Origin: Mustelus asterias
Lineage: Eukaryota
Direction of reading: 5' to 3'
Assembly (NCBI RefSeq): GCF_964213995.1
Contig: NC_135811.1
Coordinates: forward strand, 48,422,001 to 48,486,000
Length of the DNA: 64,000 nt
Part shown: positions 12,693 to 24,135 of the stretch, piece after piece
Layout of the letters: the number at the start of each line of letters is the position of its first letter
How positions within the stretch are numbered: position 1 is the stretch's first letter
Made by a program: the position numbers and the translations under genes
The notes under the pieces: generated by a model
The model's database searches: none
Told to the model about the DNA's origin: nothing
Seen by the model: the letters and a program-made list of their open reading frames with translations, nothing else

Positions 12693-13040
12693 CATTCCAT
12701 TAACATATTATTTTTCTGTTGAAACATCTCAAGTGTTTCAAGCAGGCAATTATTTTTGCAAAGGTTATGTAGGCAAACACTGCTGCTTTTCTGCATCTGT
12801 AATGTTCCATAAAGCATAAAGATATGAGTACCAGTTAATTTGCTTTGCAGGTATTGTGTGGGGGTGGTGGGTTTGTGGGGGGATGTGGTACTATTAAACA
12901 AGACACCTCAGAGAACACTGAATAGTGCCATGGAATTTTCATGAACAGATATGAGCATGTGGAACTGCATTGCATTGGGGTATACCCTGCTCCTGTTGTG
13001 GCATAGTTGTCAGTGCAGTCCTGTGCCATCATGTCACTCT

Positions 13041-13522
13041 GGGAGGCAGTGTAGTGATATTGTTGCTGGACTAATAATCCAGAAACCCAGGGTAATGCTC
13101 TGGGGATCCGGATTCGAATCCCAGCATGGCAGATGGTGAAGTATGAATTCAATAAAAATCTGGAATTAAATGTCTAACGATGACCATGGAACCATTGTCA
13201 ATTGTCATTAAAAAAACCCCATCTCGTTCACTAATGTCCTTTAGGGAAGGAAATCTGCCATTCTTACCTGGTCTGGCCTACATGTGACTCCAGATCAATA
13301 GCAATGTGGTTGACTCTTAACTGCCCTCAGGGATGGGCAATAAATGCTTCCAGCAATGCCTATAAGACCGTAAGATAGGCCATAAGATATAGGCACAGTT
13401 TTAGGCCATTCGGCCCATCGAGTCTGCCCCGCCATTCAATCATGGCTGATATGATTCTCATCCCCATCTCCTGCCTTCTTCCCATATCCCTTGATCTCAC
13501 ATCCCATGAACAAATAAACAAA
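13041..13522 (+). mobile_element. SINE family C, its tail interrupted by a CR1 3' end (13361-13496, minus)
   Basis: gggaggcagtgtagt...ggattcgaatccc head; the tail resumes cacatcccatgaacaaataaa after the CR1 piece. Confidence 0.8.
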
Positions 13523-14965
13523 AATGGTGACTGTATCTGCCACTGAAGGCAGGGACTTCAGAGTGACTCCAGCAATGGAGATCTCTTACCCTGATGCAGG
13601 TCAGCAACAGATGCAGTATCTCTGCTGTCCACCCTTTTGGCTGTGCATCTACCCACTTCTTCCTCAAATATAGGATGCACATGTAAACAAAACAGCAATG
13701 GGTAGCTGGCAAACACATTAAGTTGCTAAATAAACCTAATTCACTCTTTCAGTCTGTCATTCTCACATTATGCAGAAAATACTCCAACTGTTGTGAGACA
13801 TGTGGCAGAATGCGCTCCTGGGCTGCCACATTCTTCCCCTCCTGTCCTTGTGGTGTAATTCTGTTTTGACGACTTTGCAGGCATCTTGTGTCTCAAACCA
13901 CTTCCCGCTCTGAATCCTCAAAGCAAAAACTAGGCAAGGGGCACACGTTTTAGTCTCTCCTGATGTGATGCTATTTCACATTTATATCCACAAATACCCT
14001 TTCATTCTCATTAATGAATCAGGAATGTCCGACCCTCGAGGTTTCCGATTGCCTAATTAATTGAGTCTCATGATTACTATATATGTCATTCAATTAAACG
14101 ACAAGTACAGCAAGCCAAGGGCTAAGTTGTAATAGGGATAGTATCAGAAGCAACATTTCTGATAGTATGTCGAGTGAGAATGTAAAACTAATTGAGCTGT
14201 AAGAATTTCCACCGTACATGCCAGGGCACTTGTTACACCTTCATTGTTCTGGTGACTGAGCAGTACTGGACATGTTATGCTCGGTTGCAAATGAAAGTAA
14301 TTTAATGCCTGCTTGATATAGTACATTGGACTGATTTGCTCAGTTGTACAGAGACTTCACATAATGAAACTGTTCCATTGAATATACCCATTGATTCCCC
14401 TGGATGACTGAATCTGCCACTGAATGAATCCTGCTCCACATAAAACACTTTCTATCCCGTGGACTGGACTGAGGCTAATATTACATTATCTGTAACACTG
14501 GATGGAAAAATGTATCAGAAACACTGATTATAGTTTTAATTATATTGTTTATATTTGATTATAGTGTTTCGAGAATATTTCAAAGTTTAGTTTGCTTGTT
14601 AAACAAGAAGCAAGTAACATGTCATACCTGCTGGTGCTCCCAAGGGTGTTCCAAAGCTGTTAAATTACTTGTGAAGAGTAGTCACTGCCTTGGTGAAAAA
14701 CTCAGCAGACACTTTATTGCTCAACAAGGTCCCACAAATAGCAACTGAATGCCCCGTCTGTGTTAACTGAAGTCTCTCTCCTTCTCTCTTCAGTAATGAC
14801 AACTGCGCCTCCATTTCATCCAAACCAATAGACCCAGTAATCCCTCGGAACAGTGCTGAAAATTTAACCAGAGAAGGTTTTCAATTTCACCGCGGGGCTT
14901 GAACATGCAATGCCTGACTCTGAGGTAAAGACACAACCAACTAAACCGAGCTGACTCTTCGATAA

Positions 14966-15426
14966 GAGCAAAATACTGCAGATGTTGTAAATGTGAAATA
15001 AAAACAGAAAAACATTGGGAAAACGCAGCAAGTCCAGCAGCATCTAGGGCGGCACGGTAGCACTGTGGTTAGCACTGCTGCCTCACAGAGACAGGGACCC
15101 AGGTTCAATTCGGCCTGGGGTCACTGTCTGTGTGGAGTTAGCGCATCCTCCCGTGTCTTTCCTGGGGGTTTCCTCCGGGTGCTCCGGTTTCCTGCCACAG
15201 TCCAAACATGTGCGGGTAAGGTGGATTGGCCATGCTAAATTGACCCTAGTGTCAGGGGGATTAGCAGGGTAAATACATGAGATTATGGGGAAAGGGCCTG
15301 GGTGGGATTGTGGTCAGTACAGACTCGATGAGCTGAATGGCCTCCTTCTGCACTGTAGGGATTCTATGATCAGTGGAGAGAGGAGCAGAGTTAACGTTTT
15401 GAGTCCGAATGACTGTTCTTCAGAGC
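14966..15426 (-). mobile_element. PLE-derived family 2 copy split by an HE1 SINE
   Basis: ...cagcagcatct | SINE | gtggagagaggagcagagttaacgttttgagtccgaatgactgttcttcagagct. Confidence 0.7.
15047..15370 (+). mobile_element. HE1 V-SINE (CR1-type tail)
   Basis: Full head, V domain, tail ggcctccttctgcactgtagggattctatg. Confidence 0.9.
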
Positions 15427-15639
15427 TGTGTTGACTCTTATGTTTGTTTATTTGCAAATGACAAACACCAACAAATCTGCAATTGTCGAATTGGTACTTG
15501 TGTTGTAAGGCAAGTGTGACACATAATTCTCTTTAAAAAGCCTCTCTTCATATGTTCTTGCGTCTTTTGCAGCTTATACAATGTATTTCTGACATCTCTG
15601 AATATTTTAAGACAAATTCATTGCGCAAATCCAGACCCA

Positions 15640-16030
15640 CTCTCTACGGGACTCCTCTCATCCCCCAACACCCTAGGAGACCCCACCAACCCCTTCCACC
15701 TCTCACCCCTCGGCTACCCTGCCAATCTGTCAGGAGTCTCCCCAAAACTCTTGAACCCCAGGGGACTCCCCCATCCCCCCACACACTCTCACACTACCAT
15801 CCCCCATGGAACTCCCCAAACACCCCTCCCCAACACTCCAGGAGACTCCACCAACTCTTCCCCTCCAACACCTCACCCCTCGACTACCCTGCCAATCTGT
15901 CAGGAGTCCCCCCCCCACAAAACCCTGGATCCCCCAGGGGACTCCTCCATTCCCCCCCACACATTCTCACACTATCACCCCATGGAACTCCTCAACCACC
16001 TCCACCCCCAACTCCCCAGGAGTCTCCCAC
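15640..16030. repeat. C-rich tandem duplication, ~170-bp period
   Basis: ctcacccctcg(g/a)ctaccctgccaatctgtcaggagtc...ccccatggaactcc occurs twice. Confidence 0.75.
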
Positions 16031-16410
16031 CATTTCCAACCTACGGGGTTCCCCACGCCCGCGCAGGCCTCCTCCCCCCTTTCGTTTTCCATCACTGGGG
16101 CCAAATCTAACCCTGCCCCCCATCCACTGAAACACGACTCTCTCTGACTGGGCCCAAGGCTCCCTATCCTTGCTCCCAGGCTTTTGATCCCCCCGCATCT
16201 TGGCCTCTGACGCTCTGGCCTCTGCTTCCCTCCCTGACCTGATCTGACCCCAAGATCATGACTAACTCTTGTCACTGAGAAGTTGTCATAGAGTTGAGAA
16301 CATCAGATTAGTCACATGTTCCTTAGCTTTAGACAAATAATTCTCAACAGAGGTTCATTAAGCCAGATAAAGTAAGCTGGATTCAGCCTAGATTTGGATA
16401 CCTTCTCTCG

Positions 16411-16520
16411 GCTTACATTAACAAATCCCCTAGTTGCCACACTCCGGCACCTGTTCGGGTACACTGAAGGAGAATTTAGCATGGGCAATGCACCTAACCA
16501 GCACGTCTTTCGGACTGTGG
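16411..16520 (-). mobile_element. HE1-like variant B 3' fragment
   Basis: Matches 54400-54520. Confidence 0.7.
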
Positions 16521-16879
16521 AGTTCCATGATTGTTTTAATTGTTGGTGTTTTGTAGTGGGATTGTTAAAAGGTGACACACTGTACAATATTGGAGCAGTA
16601 AATGTTGATGGTTACTTAATTTCTAATCACATGCTGTTAATTTTATGGTTCTCATTAGTGTTGCTGGGGCTCATTTACTAAATAGTCCTGGTGAGTTACA
16701 TTCCAGGGCTGTCATAACAGACCATCAGCTTGCATTGTGCTTTCCTTCCAGCTTGTGGTTTGTATGCTTTACCTTCTTATGGCCCACAAACCCAATTCCA
16801 ATGAGTCCCTCACCTAGACTGAAGGAAGTGCAGCCTATTAATAATTCAAGCACTGAAGCTCAATGACCATATTTCATAT

Positions 16880-17630
16880 GGCTGTAAATTGGGAGAGGGG
16901 AGTGCGCAGTGGGCCCTGGGTGTCCTTGTGCACCAGTCACTGGTAAGCATGCAGGTGCAGCAGGCGGTAAAGAAGGCAAATTGTATGTTGGCCTTCATTG
17001 CGAGAGGTTTCGAGTACAGGAGCAGGGATGTATTATTGCAATTGTACTGGGCCTTGGTGGGGCCACATCTAGAATATTGTGTACAGTTTTGGTCTCCTTT
17101 TCTGAGGAGGGATGTTCTTGCTCTCGAGGGAGTGCAGCGAAGGTTTACCAGGCTGATTCCAAGGATGGTGGGACTGATTTATGAGGAGAGATTGACGAGG
17201 TTAGGATTGTGTTTTCGCTGAAGTTCAGGTGAATGAGGGGGATCTCATAGAGACTTATGAAATTTTAACAGGACTCGACAGGGCAGATGCAGGGAGGATG
17301 TTCCCGATGATGGGGGAGCCCAGAACCAGGGGTCACAGTCCGAGGATTCAGAGTAAACTGTTTAGCATGGAGATGAGGAGACATTTCTTCACCCAAAGAG
17401 TGGTGAGCCTGTGGGAATTAATTACCACAGGAAGTAATTGATGTAAAAACATTGAATGTATTCAAGAGGCGGCTGGATATAGCACTTGGGGCGAATGGGA
17501 TCAAAGGTTATGGGGAAAAAGCAGGATTAGGCTATTGAGTTGGACGATCAGCCATGATGGTGATGAATGGCGGAGCAGGCTCGAAGGGCCAAATGGCCTC
17601 CACCTGCTCCTATCTTCTATGTTTCTATGA
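16880..17630 (+). mobile_element. CR1 LINE 3' fragment
   Basis: PHLEYCVQFWSP, RGDLIETY, CR1 tail. Confidence 0.9.
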
Positions 17631-18178
17631 ACCCTTTAAGTTTCACTTGGAGAAATATGTATGCAATGTTCCTGCAGGCGTGTGTTAGGCAGACCAGTGA
17701 AGTGTTTCTGCAATGAAGATCAAACCCTGCTTTAATCCTTCTGCATTTGTTCTATAACATCTCTGTCATTTCCTTCAGCCCTACCATTCCCCAAGTTCCC
17801 TGCACTTCGGCAATCCCAATTTTAATCATTCCACCATTGGCAGACATGCCTCCAGCTGCCTGGGCCCTAAGCTCAAGGATTCCTGTTTTTTTTTTACCTC
17901 CACCTCTTTACGTCTTCCTCCTTTAAAAAAATCCTTTAAATCTAACCAAGTTTTGCAGTCTTATTACAATCTGAACCCCTTTTATTGGGGCCATTCTGGA
18001 TCAGGCACACTTTCTGATTAACCCTCGTCAACCTCCAGTGGAGAGAGAGAGACAAAACCCAAGGACACTAACTAAGTCCGCATTATGTGAGGCGCCTCTC
18101 CCTAAAGCAAAAGCGTCAGTCGAGCTTATTAACCTTCTTCTTGAAAGCCTTTTATTTTTAATAAGTTTCGAGTCAGAT

Positions 18179-18626
18179 TGTAATCTTCCCGGAGGCTCAG
18201 GGTGAAAATCCTCAGTCGATTATTTCCCCATCAGAAGAAAATAGGAGTTGGGTTCCTTGAGTTGTTGATGCAGGAAAGTAAGTGAGACAATTTAAAATTT
18301 ACAACACGCAAAACGTTTATTACAATAAGCACATTTGCAATTCAATGTTCAGATGGAAAGCTTAAATCAAGAAAAAGAGCAGTGTAGTAATTCAGTCAGC
18401 TTCCCGTCACCATCACCCTTTATTGTGCACCCAGGGAAAGGGCCGTCAGGTAGCCTTCACCTCGGGATCTACAACACCAGGCTGGGTACAATAACAGGTT
18501 TGAAAACCTCCACTGACCCCCTTCTCATTGAGTGAACCTCCACTCACTCATTAAGGTGGCTCGTACTCTACGACGCACATGGGACGATCTATTGACATCC
18601 CCGCAGCCTGCGTGGCCATCATAACA
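18179..18626 (-). repeat. 3' LTR of the old Gypsy, with PPT at 18627-18640
   Basis: TGTAA...TAACA ends; adjacent tccctcctccctta is a purine tract on the minus strand. Left boundary uncertain. Confidence 0.6.
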
Positions 18627-19995
18627 TCCCTCCTCCCTTAGGTCCGCATCTCTCCCAGCACCTCCACTGTGAGGAGGTCCTTTCCGTCGCTCGACGATTG
18701 GTTGGAGGTCCGTCGGTGGTGGGGCTGGGCCAGGTAAGCATAAACTGAACAAGAGACCTTCATTTCTGGAGGGAGAGTCGCAGGGTTACCGATGTGGGTT
18801 CTTCCTCGGGTTCTGCCTCAGACAGGAGGCCCGCTTCTTCAGCCTCCATCTCTGAGTCCATACCTTCACTCTCTGGAGGGCCTAACGCGGAGTTAGCTTT
18901 GAGTTGAGGGCTGGCACTGGCAGCAGCCATCTTCATGGCCGGTGCTAAAGCTTGATTGGGCTGGCACCCTCTGGCTCTGAGGTGGTCCAGGTGTTTCTTT
19001 AGGGTTTTACCCTGAACTTTGACCTCGTACGATATTGGTCTCATTTTCTCCATCCCAATCCAGGGTCCCATCCAAGACCATCCCTGAAGTTCCTCACATC
19101 ACCTGGTGAGAAAGATCTTTCTGTCCTTGCAGAATCGTAATCTCTATTTTGGTTTTCTGGTTGGGACTCCACCCTCCCCACCAAGTTTAGGGATAATAAG
19201 CTCAATCTGAGGCAAAGCCACCGTCCCATTAACAGCTTCACTGGAGCAATACTTGTTGTTGTGTGTGGTGTGGTCCTGTAATCAAACAAAAATCGTGCCA
19301 GCTTAGTCTCCATGGATGCCGTCAGTTGTTTCTTCATGCCCTTTTTGAAGGTTTGATCTTCTGCCAGTCCATTTGATGACGGGTGATAGGATGCTGTTCA
19401 GATGGTTACCATCGGAGAGCATGAAGTTCTGGAAATCACCGCTAGTGAAGGCTGTATCGTTATCGGAAACCAGGACTTCTGGTATTGTGTGTGCACTGAA
19501 GCTTTGTCGTCATTTCTCGATCATAGCCTGGGACGTTGTGGAATTCATGTGGTGCACCTCCAGCCACTTGGAGCGTGCATCTACCATGACTGAAAACATG
19601 GAACCCAGAAAGGGACCTACAGAGTCCACATGTATATGCAGCCATGGTCTGCCAGGCCACCCCCACTGGGCAGCTGAGGGTGGGGGATTTGATTTTCCTG
19701 GCACAGGTCACATTGCTTTACCAAGTCTGTGATGTCAGAGTCAAGGCCAGGCCACCAGATGTAACTCCTGGCTCGCATTTTTGATATCCTGGGTGGCCAT
19801 TGTGTAGTTCTGTTACCACAAGATATATGTTCCGAGATATTAAAGTAAGACTAACTTAATCCCCAAATGATTGGGACTGGTTAGGTACAAAATGAATCTA
19901 AATCTATATGCTTTAGGTTCGGATATTTATAGTAATCATATATTACATTTAATTAATTTTTATCTGTATATGTGCTTTATTAATTCATAATGAAT

Positions 19996-20335
19996 GGCGG
20001 CACGGTAGCACAGTGGTTAGCACTGCTGCTTCACAGCTCCAGGGTCCCGGGTTCGATTCCCGGCTCGGGTCACTGTCTGTGTGGAGTTTGCACATTCTCC
20101 TCGTGTTTGCGTGGGTTTCCTCCGGGTGCTCCGGTTTCCTCCCACAGTCCAAAGATGGGCGGGTTAGGTTGATTGGCCAGGTTAAAAATTGCCCCTTAGA
20201 GTCCTGGGATGCATAGGTTAGAGGGATTAGTGGGTAAATATGTGGGGGTAGGGCCTGGGTGGGATTGTGGTCGGTGCAGACTCGATGGGCCGAATGGCCT
20301 CCTTCTGCACTGTAGGGTTTCTATGATTTCTATGA
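19996..20335 (+). mobile_element. HE1 V-SINE (CR1 tail)
   Basis: Full-length copy. Confidence 0.9.
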
Positions 20336-20408
20336 GACCACTCCTTTTAATTTCCCACCAAGTTATCCATTATAATCAACGTATTTGTTTAATTCTATGA
20401 AATGCTGT

Positions 20409-21030
20409 TTTGATTTGATTTATTATTGTCACATGTATTAGCATACAGTGATAAGTATTGTTTCTTGCGCGCTATACAGACAAAGCATACCGTTCATAGA
20501 GAAGGAAAGGAGAGAGTGCAGAATGTAGTGTTACAGTCATAGCTAGGGCGTAGAGAAAGATCAACTTAATGCAAGGTAGGTCCGTTCAAAAGTCTGATGG
20601 TAGCAGAGAAGAAGCTGTTCTTGAGTTGGTTGGTACATGTCTTCGGACTTTTGTATCTTTTTCCTGACGGGAGAAGGTGGAAGAGAGAATGTCCGGCATG
20701 CATGGGGTCCCTGATGATGCTGGCTGCTTTTCCGAAGCAGTGGGAAGTGTAGACAGAGTCAATGAGTGGGAGGCTGGGCTTCATTCACGACCCTTTGTAG
20801 TTTCTTGTGGTGTTGGACAGAGCAGGAGCCATACCAGGCTGTGGTACAACCAGAAAGAATGCTTTCTATGGTGCACCTGTAAAAGTTGGTGAGAGTCATA
20901 GTGGACATGCCAAATTTCCTTAGCCTCCTGAGAAAGTAGAGGCACTGGTGGGCTTTCTTAACTATAGTATCGATATGGGGGGACCAGGACAGCTTGGTGG
21001 TGATCTGGACACCTAGAAACTTGAAGGTCT
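20409..21030 (-). mobile_element. Rex1/Babar LINE 3' fragment
   Basis: IIRDPMHAGHSLFHLLPSGKRY...NSFF C-terminus; tail tacatgtgacaataataaatcaaatcaaa. Confidence 0.85.
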
Positions 21031-21406
21031 GTTCTAGTTGGCCTATTCTTGGAAAGCTAGGCCTTGGATAGTAATTATGTTGGTCAATGTTTTTCCTTAG
21101 TCAGAGTGCAGCTTCAAGAGAGATATCAAAACTTGGGGCTTGATATCCGATTGTCTTCTAGTTATCAGCGCTGATTATCCATGCTAACAAACACCAGTTT
21201 AAGACATCTATCTGGCATAAAAGTGTGGGGCCCATATTGTAACCACATCCCTTGTACAGTTTTGTATTTATTGCCATACTAATGGTTGATGCCAAAAGAT
21301 TAAAACAACAATGGTAAAGGTTCCAATTGGCTGCCAATGGCACTGTAGGATAGGAATTGTCAGGAAAGTTGTTGTTTACAAGCACATTAGGCATTTGTAA
21401 ACATTA

Positions 21407-21586
21407 TTGTCGTTGGCAGCATTTGTCTGATGATGGATATGCAGCAAGTTCATTGTGATGGGCTAGTTCCACATGATGCACTCTTGCTGATGGCATAACA
21501 GACCAATCTGTCAAAGGCAGTTTCTGCCACATGTAGTGTTGTGAGGTCTTGTTTTTGGCGTTGGGTCCTGTTGCCAAACTGCTGCT
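21407..21586 (-). mobile_element. RTE-clade LINE extreme 3' fragment inserted in the Gypsy RNase H
   Basis: TTCGRNCL*QIGLLCHQQEC resembles the RTE C-terminal CxxCGRxCxSRIGLxSH motif. Confidence 0.55.
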
Positions 21587-22581
21587 GTGCCATCTTCTGT
21601 TTTGTGTGATAGGAGGGCTCCAATCCCATAGGGTGAAGCATCACAAGTTAAGGTTATCTGTTTGTCTGGGACAAAGTGAACTAGTAATCAGATGATTGTA
21701 GAGACAGCTTAATCTTTCTGAAGGCCTGTTGTTGCGGGTCTCCCCAGTGCTAGTGCTGATATTTGTTTTAAGAGATGGTGCAGAGGCACTAACATTGATG
21801 CTGGGTTTGGCATAAAACGGCCGTAATAGTTGACCATACCCAGAAATTATTTTAATTCTCTGACATTTCTTGGTGCAGGAACCTATCTGATTTCTTTCAG
21901 CTGATCTTCTAGGCGGTGTAGGCGTTTGACGTCAACTTTAATCCCTAGATACATTACTTCACTGGCCTGAAAAGTGCACTTGTCCCTCTTCAGTCTTATA
22001 CTAGCAGTTCTAAACCTCTTGAGGACTTTCTCCAGGTTGGTCAGATGCTCTTCCTGTGAAGTCTCTGTCACCAGGACGTTGTTCAAACGCACCATGGCTT
22101 TTGCGATTCCTTGTAGTAAATTCTCCATTATTCGTTGGAAAATTTGCACATGATATACCGAAAGGTAACTGTGTATATTGGAAAAGTCCCTTGTGTGTGT
22201 TGATAGTTGCATATGTTCTGGATTCTTCGGTTAGTTCAAGTCATAAGTAAACATATCTTAAATTTGTATATATGAGGCCCCCTGACAGCTTTGGGTAAAT
22301 ATCTTCTATCCTAGGTATCAGATACGTGTCAAGTTGGGCCGCTTGGCGTATGATGAGTTTGTAATCGCCACAGATCCTGACGGTATGGTCTGGTTTCAGC
22401 ACAGGAACAATGGGGGTTGCCCACTTGGAGAACTGTACTGGCCTTATAACTCCTGATTCCTCCAAACGCTTCAATTCAGCATTGACTTTCTGATGTAGAG
22501 TGTATGGAATGGGCCGAGTTCTAAGCAATTTTGGTATGAATTGGGGTTCTCATATATTTTGGCCTTGACCCCTTTTATCTT

Positions 22582-22902
22582 ATAGAATCCTACAGTGCAG
22601 AAGGAGGCCATTTGGCCCATCGAGTCTGCATCGGCCACAATCCCACCCAGTCCCTAACCCCATAACCCCATGCATTAATCCTAGCTAGTCCCCCTCACAC
22701 TAAGGGGCAATTTAGCATGGCCAATCCACCTAACCCGCACATCTTTGGAGTGTGGGAGGAAACTGTTGCACCCAGAGGAAACCCACGCAGACATGGGCAG
22801 AATGTGCAGACTCCGCACAGACAGTGACCCAAGCCGGGCATTGAACCCGGGTCCCTGACGCTGTGAGGCAGCCGTGTCAACCACTGTGCCACCATGCTGC
22901 CC
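22582..22902 (-). mobile_element. HE1 V-SINE (CR1 tail)
   Basis: Full-length copy between PR and RT of the old Gypsy. Confidence 0.9.
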
Positions 22903-23370
22903 TAATGGAGCTTATTTTGAAAAATGTTCTTGTCCTTGCGTAAAATGTCTTGAATGGCGCCATTGGCAATTTAAAACGTTTCTTGCCAATTTAACTTTAT
23001 CTGTCTTAATCAATCCTGCAGCATGAGTCTTGGCCTCTGAACTTTCATGACAATCATGGGTAATTGAGCTGACTGGCGTTGATATGGTGTAGTTACGGTG
23101 CCTAATATCTTTGGGGTTTCCCCTGTATAAGTGGCTATCTTGGCAACCATGCTGCTTAACTTTGGGGGCTGGACTCCTTGTAAGTACTTGCAGGTCTGTT
23201 TACCCACCACTGTGGCAGAAATGCCTGTGTCAACCTCCATAATCAACAGTTGCCCATTCACCATAAGGACTATTTCAATGGGAGCCGTCTTGCTCAACTT
23301 AACCATGTCTAATTTTTAGGTCTCGGATTCCTTTTCTGAATCTTTGTCTGCTTAATTCACTGGAATCAAA

Positions 23371-23487
23371 CGCCGGAATTCTACCGCCATGCCTGCCACG
23401 GAATCGGAGCAGGTGAGGAGCAAATGGAAATTGACCTGGGGTGGGAAATTCCGGTCTCGCTCGAGCGAGGCCGTTAAATCCCGCTCA
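23371..23487. mobile_element. Harbinger-like MITE
   Basis: gccggaattctac...gttaaatcccgctc imperfect TIRs; similar to 54701-54805. Confidence 0.55.
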
Positions 23488-23774
23488 GGGTGTTTTATTT
23501 AAACTGGGTTTGCTCTGCCTGGCTCAGCACTGTGTTTGAATGTGGCCCTTCCTGTTACAATTAAAGTAAACAAAATCTTTGCAATTGCACTAGTCCTGGG
23601 GTTGGTCTCCCCCACATTTGTAGCACTCATCATAATTCCTGGGTTGTCAGCCCAATTTCTTCCCTTGTTTCTGTCCCCGATCTGACTCCTGGGATCTCTG
23701 TTCAACCACCTCTGTGCCTGTCACTTGAGGTCCTGGTCTCACAGCCGTTTCCCTCCAAAGTTGATTCACCTCCC

Positions 23775-24072
23775 TGATGCGCGATATAACACACGAGAGG
23801 CGTGATGTACTCAGGAAATAAAGGCTTTTATTGCCAACAATAACAGAGCTACCATATACAGTATTCGATCCCAGACTAAAGGGTCACCAGGCAGAGCAGT
23901 GACCTTTATACCTCTCCCAGGAGGCGGAGCCGACTGGGGTGTACCATAACAACTATATTAACAGGTAGAACAGCCCAACCCTAACCCAAACAGTAACATA
24001 TCTACAGACTCATAGTACTGGCCAGATCATGGGTCAGCACTACCTGGTGGGAACCAACAATGGTTCACCACA
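23775..24072 (-). repeat. 3' LTR of Gypsy A
   Basis: Direct repeat of 28192-28489; PPT aaaggaggggtgaa immediately upstream on the minus strand. Confidence 0.95.
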
Positions 24073-24135
24073 TTCACCCCTCCTTTGAAAACAAAGGCCG
24101 GCGGGGTACAAAACACAGAACAATTGTTCATCTGT

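Noticed and set aside
15552-16275. Long Pro-rich and Gly-rich ORFs
   Set aside because: By-products of a C-rich tandem duplication lacking stop codons.
19996-20070. tRNA genes at SINE heads and recurrent MVSTAASQ ORFs
   Set aside because: tRNA-derived SINE promoters continuing into SINE bodies; not tRNAs or genes.
22070-22095. RLNN at the RT active-site position of the old Gypsy
   Set aside because: Single heavily decayed copy, so unlike YLDN in A and B it cannot be separated from neutral mutation.
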